A stretch of DNA of 64,000 nt from Candidatus Bathyarchaeota archaeon (lineage in GTDB: Archaea; Thermoproteota; Bathyarchaeia; Bathyarchaeales; Bathycorpusculaceae), in contig OY970176.1 in NCBI GenBank assembly GCA_963707955.1, positions 64,001-128,000 of the forward strand. The letters run 5' to 3'. Each line of letters opens with the position of its first letter. Position 1 is the first letter of the stretch. This document shows positions 63,385-64,000 of the stretch, one piece after another. Both the position numbers and the translations under genes were made by a program. The notes under the pieces were generated by a model that searched no databases, was not told where the DNA came from, and was given only the letters and a program-made list of their open reading frames with translations.

Positions 63385-63954
63385 CATTCCTCAGTTCGCG
63401 TTTTCACTCTTCTAAGACGCTTACGTTTTATTGCACCTGGTTGTTCCGAAATTGAAGAGGACGGCCGTTTTTGTGGAAAAAAAATAATTTTTTTTGAGCG
63501 TTCAGGCTTGCGCAGAGTGCTGTTTGAACAGCGTCTCATGGAACCGTCTTGAGACCTCAGAGCTAGTCTTGCTTGCAAGTCCTTTTCGAGTGGCACTGGA
63601 ATTTAGAGAAAATCATGCGCACAAGAGAATGGAAATTTCTTCTGGAATTTGTTGACAAAATTTTTATTCAAGGCTTAGGTCTCAAGCGCGCTTTTGTTCT
63701 CTTTTAGTTACTCAACAAGACTAGAAAGCATCGTGTCCAGAAGGTCTATTTCCTCAGAAGGTTCTCCCTTGACTTTGCTTTTCTTCATGTTTTCCACCTT
63801 TAGCAAGATAGCCCTGCTCAGATAATCAATTCATGATTATCGTGCGTGCGCTAGGTGCCATGTACTTTGATCGAACAGAATCCTCAAGCATGAAATTTTT
63901 AAATGTTGTTTGAGTGTACTCTTACCCAGAAACCAGGTCAAACAAGTGGCACTT

Positions 63955-64000
63955 ATGAGGGAAGAACCCCGAGTTGTCGTGGTGGGAGCTGGAGCGATCG
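63955..64000 (+). CDS. 5' start of a Rossmann-fold protein (possibly ketopantoate reductase), partial
   Basis: MREEPRVVVVGAGAI at the window edge. Confidence 0.55.
   Translation, partial: MREEPRVVVVGAGAI

Overview
Archaeal chromosomal segment, most consistent with Bathyarchaeia (TACK) from gene content: H4MPT/methanofuran C1 genes fwdB'-fwdA-fwdC-mch, CdvA-like protein, Rio2, LSm, ValRS and BHB-intron tRNAs. It contains a C1/cofactor block with a TPP riboswitch-thiT unit (1-10 kb) and an accessory island (about 10.6-22.5 kb). The island holds orphan membrane genes, two cas1-like 3' remnants, repeated GGGGTAAAGTTTTA(T)CCC palindromes embedded in telomere-like and microsatellite DNA, and a small replication-like module. 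Housekeeping genes and tRNA-Lys follow (22.7-30.2 kb), then a HypD glycyl-radical enzyme and a peptide ABC/M29-like peptidase/racemase catabolic cluster (32-49 kb), then central metabolism genes (50-64 kb). The clearest novel-looking feature is a tRNA-Tyr(GUA) gene split by four introns (49378-49593). A (TA)GCGCGCGC(TA) palindrome recurs in intergenic DNA from 12 kb onwards. All protein calls come from motif recognition; no database searches were run.
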